DNA of 64,000 nt from Gammaproteobacteria bacterium (GTDB lineage Bacteria; Pseudomonadota; Gammaproteobacteria; AKS1). The notes beneath the pieces are model-generated. The model was not told where the DNA came from and did not search any database. It saw nothing but the letters and a program-made list of their open reading frames with translations. A program made the translations under genes and the position numbers. Each line of letters begins with the position of its first letter. Positions within the stretch are counted from its first letter, which is position 1. The DNA lies in contig JALTKS010000038.1 in assembly GCA_027006175.1 (NCBI GenBank), positions 24,080-88,079 of the forward strand. The letters are read 5' to 3'. Below are positions 8,024 to 16,793 of the stretch, one piece after another.

Positions 8024-10378
8024 CTATCCGGTTAAACTCGCAAATAACAAAGGTAGTTGCTCGGGTAAACGGTCGACGTGATCGATCACAGTGTAATTAT
8101 TTTCACCAAATATACGTTTCACGTAGCTGTCTGCATGGGGATCCAGCGTTAAGCAATACGTCAGTACACCTGTACTGTATAGCTCTTCAACCGCTTTTTT
8201 AGCGTCATGACGTAAATGCTGCGGATCCTGCTCATCAATATCGGCGGGTTCGCCATCGGTAACTAACAGAATTAATTTACGCCGTTCTGGCTGCTTCAAT
8301 AAATGCTGTCCGGCATGGCGTAATGCCCCGCCCATACGCGTTGACAGGCCGCCTGTCATACCCGATAAGCGTGCTTTTACATCATCGTCAAAGTGTTGGT
8401 TAAAGTCTTTAAAGCGATAATACTGTACGTCATGACGCCCATCAGAGGCGAAGCCGTGTAGGGCAAATGGATCGCCAATGCCATTAATCGCTGTCGAAAC
8501 TAATGTCGCCGCTTCACGGGTTAACTGTAGAACCGTTTTCTCTGAACCACCCATTGTTTCATTTGTCGATTCTGATAGATCCATTAACACAACAATAGAA
8601 AGGTCACGGGTATTAAGTACGTTGCGCATAGTAATACGCGGATTGGGTTGTTCACCCATACGAATAGCAACCATCGCATCAATCGCTGCATTGATGTCAA
8701 GTTCATCACCATCTTCCATGCCACGTATTCGCTGAACACCTACCGGCGTTAATAGATCAATAATCTGTTTAATACGGTGGGCGATGGGTTTGTATTCCGT
8801 AAGGATGTCATCGATATCCTCCGGGTTACCCCGCGATTGACGACGCTCATAAACGGTTACCCAGTCAGGACGGTGTAACTGAATCTGGTAATCCCATTCC
8901 TGATAATGAAAGGGATCAGATATGGGCTCTTTGCCCCACATATCATTGAAACTGATTTGATCATCGGTCAAATCATCTTCGTAAGGACGCATATTGGTTT
9001 CACAGGTCCAGATTTCCTGCGCATCGTCGCCTGCTAATTCACAGTCCACTTCATTCGCCATTTCAATAACCGAGACTGTTTTTCGTACTTGTCGCTGGCT
9101 TGCAGAAACATATTCAAATTCGGCGTTCATATTGAATTCTTCAAATTCCCAAACGAAACGATTATCGTCGCGGAAGGGAATGCGAATACGTTCAAGTATG
9201 CGTAGGCTAGGCACATTCTTACGTGATGAGAATAAATTAAATAATTCTAAACCCATGTGCCATGAGTAATTATTATCATCCTGTTTTTCTTCAATTTCAC
9301 TGTGGAAACGAGTCACAAATTCTGCAATTTGTTCGTCATCACTTGTTACCTTGCCATCCAGCAGCATCAAGGCAAGCTGTTCCAGCTCGAGCATGGCTGG
9401 ATGTTCAACCTTACCTTCATGCTCGGCTTTTAAGAGTGAAAGCCAAAGTTTTTTCAATCCTGGAAATTCTTTAACCGCCTTGTATTCAACACGCGCGTCT
9501 TCTATCAAACCGATGAAAAACATTTGTGCAGGACTAAGCTGCTCAGCAGAGATAGCTGAGTCGGAATAGCACATGTGGGCGGCCATATGTGCCGCTGTTG
9601 CACGGTACAGTTCCAGACCGGCAATCTTGTTGTCATCACTGCCATAATCATCCACCGCATCAGGCATGTACAGAATGCGATGTTCAATATAAGGACGAAA
9701 ATCGGTGTAGTCCGCACCCGTCGGGCGTAAAAAGAAATCACGACCCCATAAAGCCCGCAAGTAAAAATTCAGTTTACGTTGTACCTTAATAAAGAGAACA
9801 CCGCGGCGCTCTTTTTGTAGCATTGCCCTTGAATCCGCTGATTCAAGGTTAAAATAGGTTGTTAAGTTCGCAAAGTCACGGCGATAAGCTTGTGCGCCAA
9901 AATTTGCCCAGCGACGCAAACCACTGAGGGTCAGTTTATCGAGTAATTCATCCATGTGGTTTAGCATTGGGCGCAAACCGCGAGAAGCCGTTGAGGCTAA
10001 TTGATGAATAAAGGTCAAATAGCCGCGTAGCAACTGTGCATCACCCAGGTTACGCGAGGCAGTCGGTAAACTGCTAAACATTAATGAAATAACTTCACCG
10101 GATGTCATTGAAGACAATTTGGATGCAGCAGTAATACAATCGCCGATAACGTCTTCGCCACATTCTTTAGCCACTAAAGGCATTTCCTGAAGGTAAGTAA
10201 TGACCAGATCAGAACCACGACCTAAATTGCACATTGCTTTTGCGCCATTTAGATAAGTCTCTAATCCGGTTGGCGACATGATACGTGCCGCTTCCTGAAA
10301 AGTGCCGTTTAATACATCACGGACTTCAGGAGCAACATCCTGTAACTGTTCTTCGTAATCTTCAAGTTTGATCGACAT
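8024..10378 (-). CDS. cbbO: RuBisCO activase adaptor subunit CbbO (VWA domain protein, NorD-like)
   Basis: 784 aa with a C-terminal von Willebrand A domain carrying a MIDAS-type DxSxS (VVLMDLSESTN). It lies immediately downstream of cbbQ in a cbbLSQO arrangement. Confidence 0.9.
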   Translation of the reverse strand: MSIKLEDYEEQLQDVAPEVRDVLNGTFQEAARIMSPTGLETYLNGAKAMCNLGRGSDLVITYLQEMPLVAKECGEDVIGDCITAASKLSSMTSGEVISLMFSSLPTASRNLGDAQLLRGYLTFIHQLASTASRGLRPMLNHMDELLDKLTLSGLRRWANFGAQAYRRDFANLTTYFNLESADSRAMLQKERRGVLFIKVQRKLNFYLRALWGRDFFLRPTGADYTDFRPYIEHRILYMPDAVDDYGSDDNKIAGLELYRATAAHMAAHMCYSDSAISAEQLSPAQMFFIGLIEDARVEYKAVKEFPGLKKLWLSLLKAEHEGKVEHPAMLELEQLALMLLDGKVTSDDEQIAEFVTRFHSEIEEKQDDNNYSWHMGLELFNLFSSRKNVPSLRILERIRIPFRDDNRFVWEFEEFNMNAEFEYVSASQRQVRKTVSVIEMANEVDCELAGDDAQEIWTCETNMRPYEDDLTDDQISFNDMWGKEPISDPFHYQEWDYQIQLHRPDWVTVYERRQSRGNPEDIDDILTEYKPIAHRIKQIIDLLTPVGVQRIRGMEDGDELDINAAIDAMVAIRMGEQPNPRITMRNVLNTRDLSIVVLMDLSESTNETMGGSEKTVLQLTREAATLVSTAINGIGDPFALHGFASDGRHDVQYYRFKDFNQHFDDDVKARLSGMTGGLSTRMGGALRHAGQHLLKQPERRKLILLVTDGEPADIDEQDPQHLRHDAKKAVEELYSTGVLTYCLTLDPHADSYVKRIFGENNYTVIDHVDRLPEQLPLLFASLTG

Positions 10379-10467
10379 TCTTCGTACCTAACCAAAAAAT
10401 TAAAGGTTTTTTTGAATTCATGCCTTAATAAAACCGGCATGGTTCGTATTTACTTTTCAGTAAAAAA

Positions 10468-11289
10468 TTAACCAAAGAATGTTTGTACCGCTGCGTTTAA
10501 GGTATCACGCATATCAGGATCATCCGTGAGCGGTGTCACCATGGTTATGCTACAGGCTGCCTCAGCATTAATACCCTTGCTAATCAACTGACCTGCATAA
10601 ACCAACAAACGCGTAGAAATACCTTCATCCAGACCATGACCTTTAAGGTTACGGGCACGCTGTGCGATGTGTACCAGCTTCTCGGCTGTCTCTTTATCAA
10701 CACCCGATTCTTTAGACACAATTTCAATTTCTGTTTCTTCAACAGGGTAATCAAAGTCCAATCCACCAAAACGCTGCTTGGTCGACTGTTTAAGATCTTT
10801 CATTAAGCTCTGGTAACCCGGGTTATATGAAATAACCAGTTGGAAATCAGGATGTGCCTCAATCAGCTCGCCTTTTTTGTCGAGCGGTAAGCTGCGACGG
10901 TGATCCGTTAAGGGGTGAATAACAACCGTTGTATCCTGACGTGCCTCAACAACTTCATCAAGATAACATATCGCACCAATACGAGCGGCGGTTGTTAAAG
11001 GACCGTCCTGCCATTTTGTACCATCAGCATCCAGCAGGAAACGTCCAACCAGATCCGAAGCCGTCATATCTTCATTACAGGCTACCGTGATCAACGGACG
11101 TCCCAATTTGTATGCCATGTACTCAACAAAACGAGACTTACCGCAACCGGTAGGTCCTTTTATCATCATCGGCATACGCACATTGTATGCAGCTTCGTAA
11201 AGCTCTATCTCGTCAGCAACAGGTTCGTAGTATGGTTCGTCTTTAATAATGTACTGAACCGGATCAACTGCGTTATCTTTGTTGGACAT
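10468..11289 (-). CDS. cbbQ: RuBisCO activase AAA+ (MoxR-type) ATPase CbbQ
   Basis: 273 aa with Walker A GPTGCGKS and Walker B ICYLDEV. The size and sequence are typical of CbbQ/NorQ, and it sits between RuBisCO and cbbO. Confidence 0.93.
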   Translation of the reverse strand: MSNKDNAVDPVQYIIKDEPYYEPVADEIELYEAAYNVRMPMMIKGPTGCGKSRFVEYMAYKLGRPLITVACNEDMTASDLVGRFLLDADGTKWQDGPLTTAARIGAICYLDEVVEARQDTTVVIHPLTDHRRSLPLDKKGELIEAHPDFQLVISYNPGYQSLMKDLKQSTKQRFGGLDFDYPVEETEIEIVSKESGVDKETAEKLVHIAQRARNLKGHGLDEGISTRLLVYAGQLISKGINAEAACSITMVTPLTDDPDMRDTLNAAVQTFFG

Positions 11290-11350
11290 AACTCACCCTT
11301 TTAATATCTATAAATAAAAAAATAATTAGGTTTTAAATTTTAAAAATATA

Positions 11351-11698
11351 TTATTTTTCGTCTTCAGTTTCCTGTTCGCCACACCAGCCTGCAGCTTTCG
11401 CTGCTGTTATTGCGGCATTGTGTATTTCTTCATGGCGTTGTCGTAATTCATCTGGCAAGTGACTAACGAGGCAACCGTACTTGTCCCATTCTTTATTCAC
11501 CTTATCGAGTAATGTGTCGATACCCGCAAAATTCCACCCTTCGCAGGTTTCATCATCATCGATAAGACCAAAAACTTTTGCATCACGAATCAGCTTACCA
11601 ATGGTTGTCATACCACCGTTAACGTCATTATCGATCCCAACGTATTTATCTGGTCTTGCCATAATATATCCTGCTATTTTATGTTCAGATTCATTCAT
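11351..11698 (-). CDS. Hypothetical acidic protein inserted between cbbS and cbbQ (orf115)
   Basis: 115-aa ORF on the same strand as the operon, with three Cys and an acidic C-terminus (GEQETEDEK). No family is recognised. It is preceded by the cbbS terminator/attenuator. Confidence 0.65.
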   Translation of the reverse strand: MNESEHKIAGYIMARPDKYVGIDNDVNGGMTTIGKLIRDAKVFGLIDDDETCEGWNFAGIDTLLDKVNKEWDKYGCLVSHLPDELRQRHEEIHNAAITAAKAAGWCGEQETEDEK

Positions 11699-11754
11699 AA
11701 AACGGATGGTGATATAGAGAAAAAATCAACAACGCTTTAGGAAAGGATCTACAT

Positions 11755-11790
11755 AAAAAAGCCCCTGTCCGTATTCTTTCGGGCAGGGGC
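11755..11790 (-). terminator. Intrinsic terminator/attenuator downstream of cbbS
   Basis: The minus-strand RNA reads GCCCCUGCCCG-AAAGAAUA-CGGACAGGGGC-UUUUUU. This is an 11-bp GC-rich stem with one mismatch, an 8-nt loop and a U6 tract, 24 nt after the cbbS stop. Confidence 0.75.
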
Positions 11791-11813
11791 CTTAATAATG
11801 CTACCCTGCGGTC

Positions 11814-12173
11814 TTAAACAGATGTTCCGCGGTGGATGACCATTGCAGTACCAGCCGACTGTGCAAAGTTATCAAAGCCCAGCAGACGAACATGGTTATC
11901 TGGGTGTGCTTTATGACAGTTTTCGACTTCAGCTAAAATAGCATCTACATCGGTTTCACCAAACATCGGTAATTTCCACATGTACCAGTAGTTGCTAACA
12001 GCATTTTCTGGTTCTGTGTGTTCAATGCCTGGGTTCCAGCCTTTATCAACAATATACTGGATTTGAGCGCGAGTAGACTCAGTGCTCAAAGGTGGCAGGT
12101 ATGAAAATGTTTCATATTTACGGCTTACAGCAGCATCGCTCAAGCTAGAATTGTAATCTTGTACGTCACTCAT
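11814..12173 (-). CDS. cbbS: RuBisCO small subunit (form IA)
   Basis: 119 aa with typical CbbS sequence (FSYLPPL...[12 protein letters not shown]...[11 protein letters not shown]). It lies 100 nt downstream of cbbL. Confidence 0.95.
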   Translation of the reverse strand: MSDVQDYNSSLSDAAVSRKYETFSYLPPLSTESTRAQIQYIVDKGWNPGIEHTEPENAVSNYWYMWKLPMFGETDVDAILAEVENCHKAHPDNHVRLLGFDNFAQSAGTAMVIHRGTSV

Positions 12174-12217
12174 TGTGATTTACTCCAAAAATTTTAAACT
12201 CGTTTAAATTTGATTAG

Positions 12218-12255
12218 GCAGCAAGGTGTTAAAATAAGTGCCAACACCTTGCTGC
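12218..12255 (-). other. 13-bp perfect stem-loop in the cbbL-cbbS intercistronic region
   Basis: GCAGCAAGGTGTT (12218-12230) pairs with AACACCTTGCTGC (12243-12255) around a 12-nt loop. No U-tract follows on the coding (minus) strand, so an mRNA stabiliser or processing element is more likely than a terminator. Confidence 0.6.
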
Positions 12256-12273
12256 TGTTGAATCAATAATCGC

Positions 12274-13692
12274 TTATTTATGTGCGACGTCGATTTTATC
12301 AACCGTATCAAATTCAAATTTGATTTCTTTCCAGGTTTCCATCGCAATCTTGAGTTCAGGACTGTGCTTCGCAGCAGCTGTAAGAATATCCTTACCTTCT
12401 TTCTCAAGTTCACGCCCCATGTTGCGCGCTTCAACACATGCTTCAACAGCAACACGATTTGCAGCAGCACCCGCAGCATTACCCCAAGGGTGACCTAATG
12501 TACCACCACCGAACTGCAGACAAGAGTCATCACCAAAGATGTTAACCAGTGCTGGCATGTGCCATACGTGGATACCACCAGAAGCAACAGGGATTACACC
12601 TGGCATTGCGCCCCAATCCTGGTCGAAGAAAATACCGCGTGAACGATCTTCTTTAACGTATGAGTCACGCATGATGTCAATCCAACCCAATGTTGCATCA
12701 CGGTCACCTTCAAGTTTACCAACAACCGTACCTGAATGAAGGTGATCACCACCAGACAAACGTAATACTTTAGTTAGTACACGGAAGTGAATACCGTGGT
12801 GTGGGTTGCGATCAAGTACCGCATGCATCGCACGGTGAATGTGTAACAACATGCCGTTGTCCTGACACCATTGTGCTAGTTGCGTGTTCGCAGATAAACC
12901 ACCTGTTAAGTAATCGTGCATGATAATAGGTGCGCCGATTTCTTTTGCGTATTCAGCACGTTTCATCATTTCATCTGATGTAGGAGCCGTTACGTTTAAG
13001 TAGTGACCCTTACGTTCGCCTGTTTCAGCTTCCGCTTTATGGATTGCTTCCATAACGAAGTCGAAACGATGACGCCAGCGCATAAATGGCTGAGAGTTAA
13101 CGTTTTCATCATCTTTAGTGAAATCTAAACCGCCACGTAAGCCTTCGTAACAAGCACGACCATAGTTTTTAGCAGAAAGACCCAGTTTAGGCTTAATAGT
13201 ACAACCTAATAAAGGACGACCGTATTTGTTTAATATGTCACGTTCAACCTGGATACCTTGCGGTGGTCCATTACATGTCATTACATAAGCAACCGGGAAG
13301 CGAATATCTTCTAAACGAAGTGCGCGCAGTGCTTTAAAGCCGAATACGTTACCAACCAATGAGGTTAGTACGTTTACAACTGAGCCTTCTTCGAAAAGGT
13401 CAATTGGGTACGCAACGAAAGCGTAGAAACAAGTGTCATCACCTGGTACGTCTTCGATTGCATAAGCACGACCCTTGTAGTAATCAAGGTCAGTTAAGAG
13501 GTCAGTCCAAACTGTTGTCCATGTACCTGTTGATGATTCAGCTGCAACCGCCGCTGCAACTTCTTCACGTGGTACACCGTCTTGAGGGGTAATTTTGAAA
13601 CACGCCAGGATATCGGTATCTTTGGGTGTGTAATCCGGCATCCAGTACGTTTCGCGGTATTCTTTTACACCCGCGTTATAGGTCTTAGCCAT
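12274..13692 (-). CDS. cbbL: RuBisCO large subunit, form IA (green-type)
   Basis: 472 aa with [10 protein letters not shown] (carbamylated Lys motif), [12 protein letters not shown], and N-terminal [17 protein letters not shown] typical of form IA. It is followed by cbbS and cbbQ/cbbO (the IAq arrangement). Confidence 0.98.
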   Translation of the reverse strand: MAKTYNAGVKEYRETYWMPDYTPKDTDILACFKITPQDGVPREEVAAAVAAESSTGTWTTVWTDLLTDLDYYKGRAYAIEDVPGDDTCFYAFVAYPIDLFEEGSVVNVLTSLVGNVFGFKALRALRLEDIRFPVAYVMTCNGPPQGIQVERDILNKYGRPLLGCTIKPKLGLSAKNYGRACYEGLRGGLDFTKDDENVNSQPFMRWRHRFDFVMEAIHKAEAETGERKGHYLNVTAPTSDEMMKRAEYAKEIGAPIIMHDYLTGGLSANTQLAQWCQDNGMLLHIHRAMHAVLDRNPHHGIHFRVLTKVLRLSGGDHLHSGTVVGKLEGDRDATLGWIDIMRDSYVKEDRSRGIFFDQDWGAMPGVIPVASGGIHVWHMPALVNIFGDDSCLQFGGGTLGHPWGNAAGAAANRVAVEACVEARNMGRELEKEGKDILTAAAKHSPELKIAMETWKEIKFEFDTVDKIDVAHK

Positions 13693-13809
13693 TATCTTCT
13701 CCAGTCATTCATTTAGTTATATGCGGTAAACGCCGCGGATGGACATTATTCACAAAGCAGCGTATAAATAAAAATCAATAGTTTCTATATTTTACATAGG
13801 TAATAGTCT

Positions 13810-14775
13810 ATGGAATATGCCATTGCCAAAGATCTTATTCGTCATGTCAGTCTGCGCCAGATGCAGATTTTTGAGGCAGTCGTGCGCCTGGGTAGTTATA
13901 CCCGTGCCGCAGAAGAGCTGCATTTATCACAACCAACCGTTTCGATGCAGGTTAAAAAGCTATGTGAAACAATTGGTTACCCACTTATAGAAAAACTCGG
14001 TAATCAATTGCATACTACCGACATCGGTAAAGAAGTGTATGCCTCAACAAAAGACGTTCTGCGTAGTATGGCGGCGTTGGGTGAGTCTACCGCTGCCTTG
14101 GGTGGCGTGGTGAAAGGGCCTTTAAGGATGGCTGTTATCACGTCAGCTAAATATTTTATGCCACATTTACTCGGCGCATTTATCAACCAATACCCTGACG
14201 TACAACCTATCTTGAAGGTCACAAACCGCTCACGGGTACTGGAACGTTTGCATTCTAATGAAGACGATTTACTGATTATGGGACAAGTCCCCGAAGGGCT
14301 CGCGGTTGAAGCTCACCCCTTCATTGATAATGAATTGGTTGTGGTTGCATCACCAAACCATCCATTAACTCAGTCTAAATCGATCACACTTGAACAACTA
14401 AGTAAGGAACGTTTTTTAGTTCGCGAATCAGGATCGGGGACACGCTTGGCCATTGATCGATTATTTGCCGAACAAGGCTTAAACGTTCAAACATATATGG
14501 ATCTGGGGAGTAGCGAGGCGATTAAACAGGCAGTGATGGCGGGGTTGGGAATATCAGTACTATCCAAACACAATTTACGTCTGGAACTGGCTGGTCATCA
14601 TATTGCCATTCTCGATGTGGAAGGCTTCCCATTATTTTATCGTTGGTATGCCGTTCATTTAAAAGGCAAAAAACTCTCATTGGCATCACAAACATTTTTA
14701 GAGTTTCTGCTTGAACAAGGTAAGGAAATGTTACAACAGCTTCCGCAGGGACAACCGCCTTCAGGTTCCTCTTAG
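13810..14775 (+). CDS. cbbR: LysR-family transcriptional regulator CbbR
   Basis: 321 aa with an N-terminal LysR HTH (LRQMQIFEAVVRLGSYTRAAEELHLSQPTVSMQVKKL). It is divergently transcribed 117 nt from cbbL, the classical cbbR position. Confidence 0.85.
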   Translation: MEYAIAKDLIRHVSLRQMQIFEAVVRLGSYTRAAEELHLSQPTVSMQVKKLCETIGYPLIEKLGNQLHTTDIGKEVYASTKDVLRSMAALGESTAALGGVVKGPLRMAVITSAKYFMPHLLGAFINQYPDVQPILKVTNRSRVLERLHSNEDDLLIMGQVPEGLAVEAHPFIDNELVVVASPNHPLTQSKSITLEQLSKERFLVRESGSGTRLAIDRLFAEQGLNVQTYMDLGSSEAIKQAVMAGLGISVLSKHNLRLELAGHHIAILDVEGFPLFYRWYAVHLKGKKLSLASQTFLEFLLEQGKEMLQQLPQGQPPSGSS

Positions 14776-16743
14776 TAAGATCTCTTCTGCTACTTCCAGC
14801 TCTTCGGTGCCACCTTCTAATAATAAAGCGTCACCCTGTCTTAACACCATATTAGGATTGGGATCCTCACCACGAATATCACCACGCCGTAGCGATAAGA
14901 TACTGACCCCCATTTCACCAAGGTGACATCCCTCAATTGTTTTGCCAATCGCCTGGCAACCTGCTGCAAGTACCACGGTATGACGACGGTAATGATCATC
15001 AGCCATGTCTTCAACGCTTTCTGCTTCTTCACCGTGGAAATAGCCGCGAAGATTGTAATAATGGTCTGCACGGGTTTTTTCTATTAAATGTGATATCTCT
15101 TCTTGTGGAACATCTAAAATTTCTAATAGGTTTGTTGCCAACATCATGCTTGATTCCAGTTTTTCCGGTACAACGCGATCTGCACCTGCTTGTTCTAATT
15201 CTTCCAGATGTAAATCATCCTTCGTACGAACAATAACCGATATCTCCGGATTTTTTTGATGTGCTGTTTGAATAATTTTAGTCGCCGTCTGCGTATCAAA
15301 TGATGTGATGATCATGGCTTTAGCGCGGCGCACACCGGCAGCGCGTAACATGGATGAATGGGTCGCATCACCATAATAAACACGTTCACCTGCTTCATAG
15401 GCTTCACGCACAATAATGGGATCGAGATCCAAACCAACATACTCAATCCCTTCCTGACGCAAAAATGAAGCGAGGTTCTGACCAACACGACCATAACCGG
15501 CAATGATCACATGATTTTTTAAATCCAGCGATGCATGCAGCACCTCTTTCTCATGAGACTGTCTCCCCTTAAGGTAGCTTCGTGCAAAAAATCTTTTCGC
15601 AATCGAGCCATTTTCCCGAATTAAAACCGGCGCAATAATCATACTGGCGATGATTGCCGCTAAAATTGCCTGACTATCGATGGTCGAAATTAATTCTCTG
15701 TTCAAGGCTAAGGCTAATAATGCAAAACCAAACTCACCACCTTGTGCCAGAACCAATGCGGTGCGCGTTGCCACGGCATTTTCATAACCCATCGCCCGGC
15801 TAATAAACATGACAAGAATACCTTTACCTATTACCAAAGTAGTCAATAGTAAGAATGCTTTCGGCCACACTTCTGGCAGCAAACTCACATCCAGTTGAAT
15901 CCCAATCGTGATAAAAAACAGCCCCATAAACACATCACGGAAAGGTCTGATATCAATTTCAATCTGGTGACGGTATTCAGATTCACCCAACATAATCCCC
16001 GCCAGAAAAGCGCCCATTGCCGCAGACAGGCCGAGCACATGGGTAATACCACCGGCAGTTAATGCAATAAAAATAACCGTTAGGGTAAATAATTCAGCCG
16101 AATGAACCGAGGCAACAGTATGGAATACGGGCCGCAATACCCAGCGACCTAAAGCACTCATAATAATAAACGCGATCACTGCCTTGGCAAGGGCAAACAG
16201 CAACTCGGTACTCATATTCCCTTCCGCACCACCTGCCAGAATAGGAATGATGACCAAAAAAGGAACAACGGCAAGATCCTGAAATAACAACGCACCTAAT
16301 GCTAAACGTCCGTGACGAGAGTGCATTTCAAGCTGTTCAGTTAATTGCTTGGCAACAATTGCCGTGGACGAGAGCGCAATCGCGCCACCAACAACGATAG
16401 ACCCTTCCCAACTAATACCGATTAAATGTGCAATCCCCATTCCCGCCAGAGTAGTAAGTACAACCTGCGTTGTACCAAGACCCAACACGGCTTTTTTCAT
16501 TGCCACTAACTGCGCTAATGAAAACTCTAAACCAATGGAGAATAATAAAAAGACAACGCCAATCTCGGCTAATAAATGAATCGACCCTTCATGCTCAACC
16601 AGACCAATGGCATGCGGTCCAACAACGATACCAACAAATAGATAGGCGAGAATAGGCGGAAGATTAATGCGCTTTAAAGCAATGACCGTGACTATCGACA
16701 TGGCTAGCAACACAAGTACAACAAATAATGTATTTTCGTTCAT
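14761..16743 (-). CDS. CPA2-family monovalent cation:proton antiporter with RCK (TrkA-N/TrkA-C) domains (KefB/YbaL-like)
   Basis: 660 aa with about 12 TM helices followed by an NAD-binding-type GxGxxG (IIAGYGRVGQNLA) and a C-terminal TrkA-C-like segment. The 3' end overlaps the cbbR 3' end by 15 nt in convergent orientation. Confidence 0.88.
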   Translation of the reverse strand: MNENTLFVVLVLLAMSIVTVIALKRINLPPILAYLFVGIVVGPHAIGLVEHEGSIHLLAEIGVVFLLFSIGLEFSLAQLVAMKKAVLGLGTTQVVLTTLAGMGIAHLIGISWEGSIVVGGAIALSSTAIVAKQLTEQLEMHSRHGRLALGALLFQDLAVVPFLVIIPILAGGAEGNMSTELLFALAKAVIAFIIMSALGRWVLRPVFHTVASVHSAELFTLTVIFIALTAGGITHVLGLSAAMGAFLAGIMLGESEYRHQIEIDIRPFRDVFMGLFFITIGIQLDVSLLPEVWPKAFLLLTTLVIGKGILVMFISRAMGYENAVATRTALVLAQGGEFGFALLALALNRELISTIDSQAILAAIIASMIIAPVLIRENGSIAKRFFARSYLKGRQSHEKEVLHASLDLKNHVIIAGYGRVGQNLASFLRQEGIEYVGLDLDPIIVREAYEAGERVYYGDATHSSMLRAAGVRRAKAMIITSFDTQTATKIIQTAHQKNPEISVIVRTKDDLHLEELEQAGADRVVPEKLESSMMLATNLLEILDVPQEEISHLIEKTRADHYYNLRGYFHGEEAESVEDMADDHYRRHTVVLAAGCQAIGKTIEGCHLGEMGVSILSLRRGDIRGEDPNPNMVLRQGDALLLEGGTEELEVAEEILLRGT

Positions 16744-16793
16744 GTTACCCCTACTAGGGTCATTCCCCCTTATAAACGATATAAGCTACTCTA

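Noticed and set aside
12204-12479. 91-aa minus-strand ORF overlapping the 3' end of cbbL and the cbbL-cbbS spacer.
   Set aside because: It is out of frame with cbbL over most of its length. Its remainder covers the 13-bp hairpin, so it is better explained as a non-coding intercistronic structure.
13693-13809. TTA-N7-TAA (13717-13729) and other T-N11-A-like motifs in the cbbL-cbbR intergenic region, as CbbR operators.
   Set aside because: CbbR almost certainly binds somewhere in this 117-nt region. However, in such AT-rich DNA these degenerate motifs arise by chance, and I cannot single out the true site without comparative alignment or footprinting.
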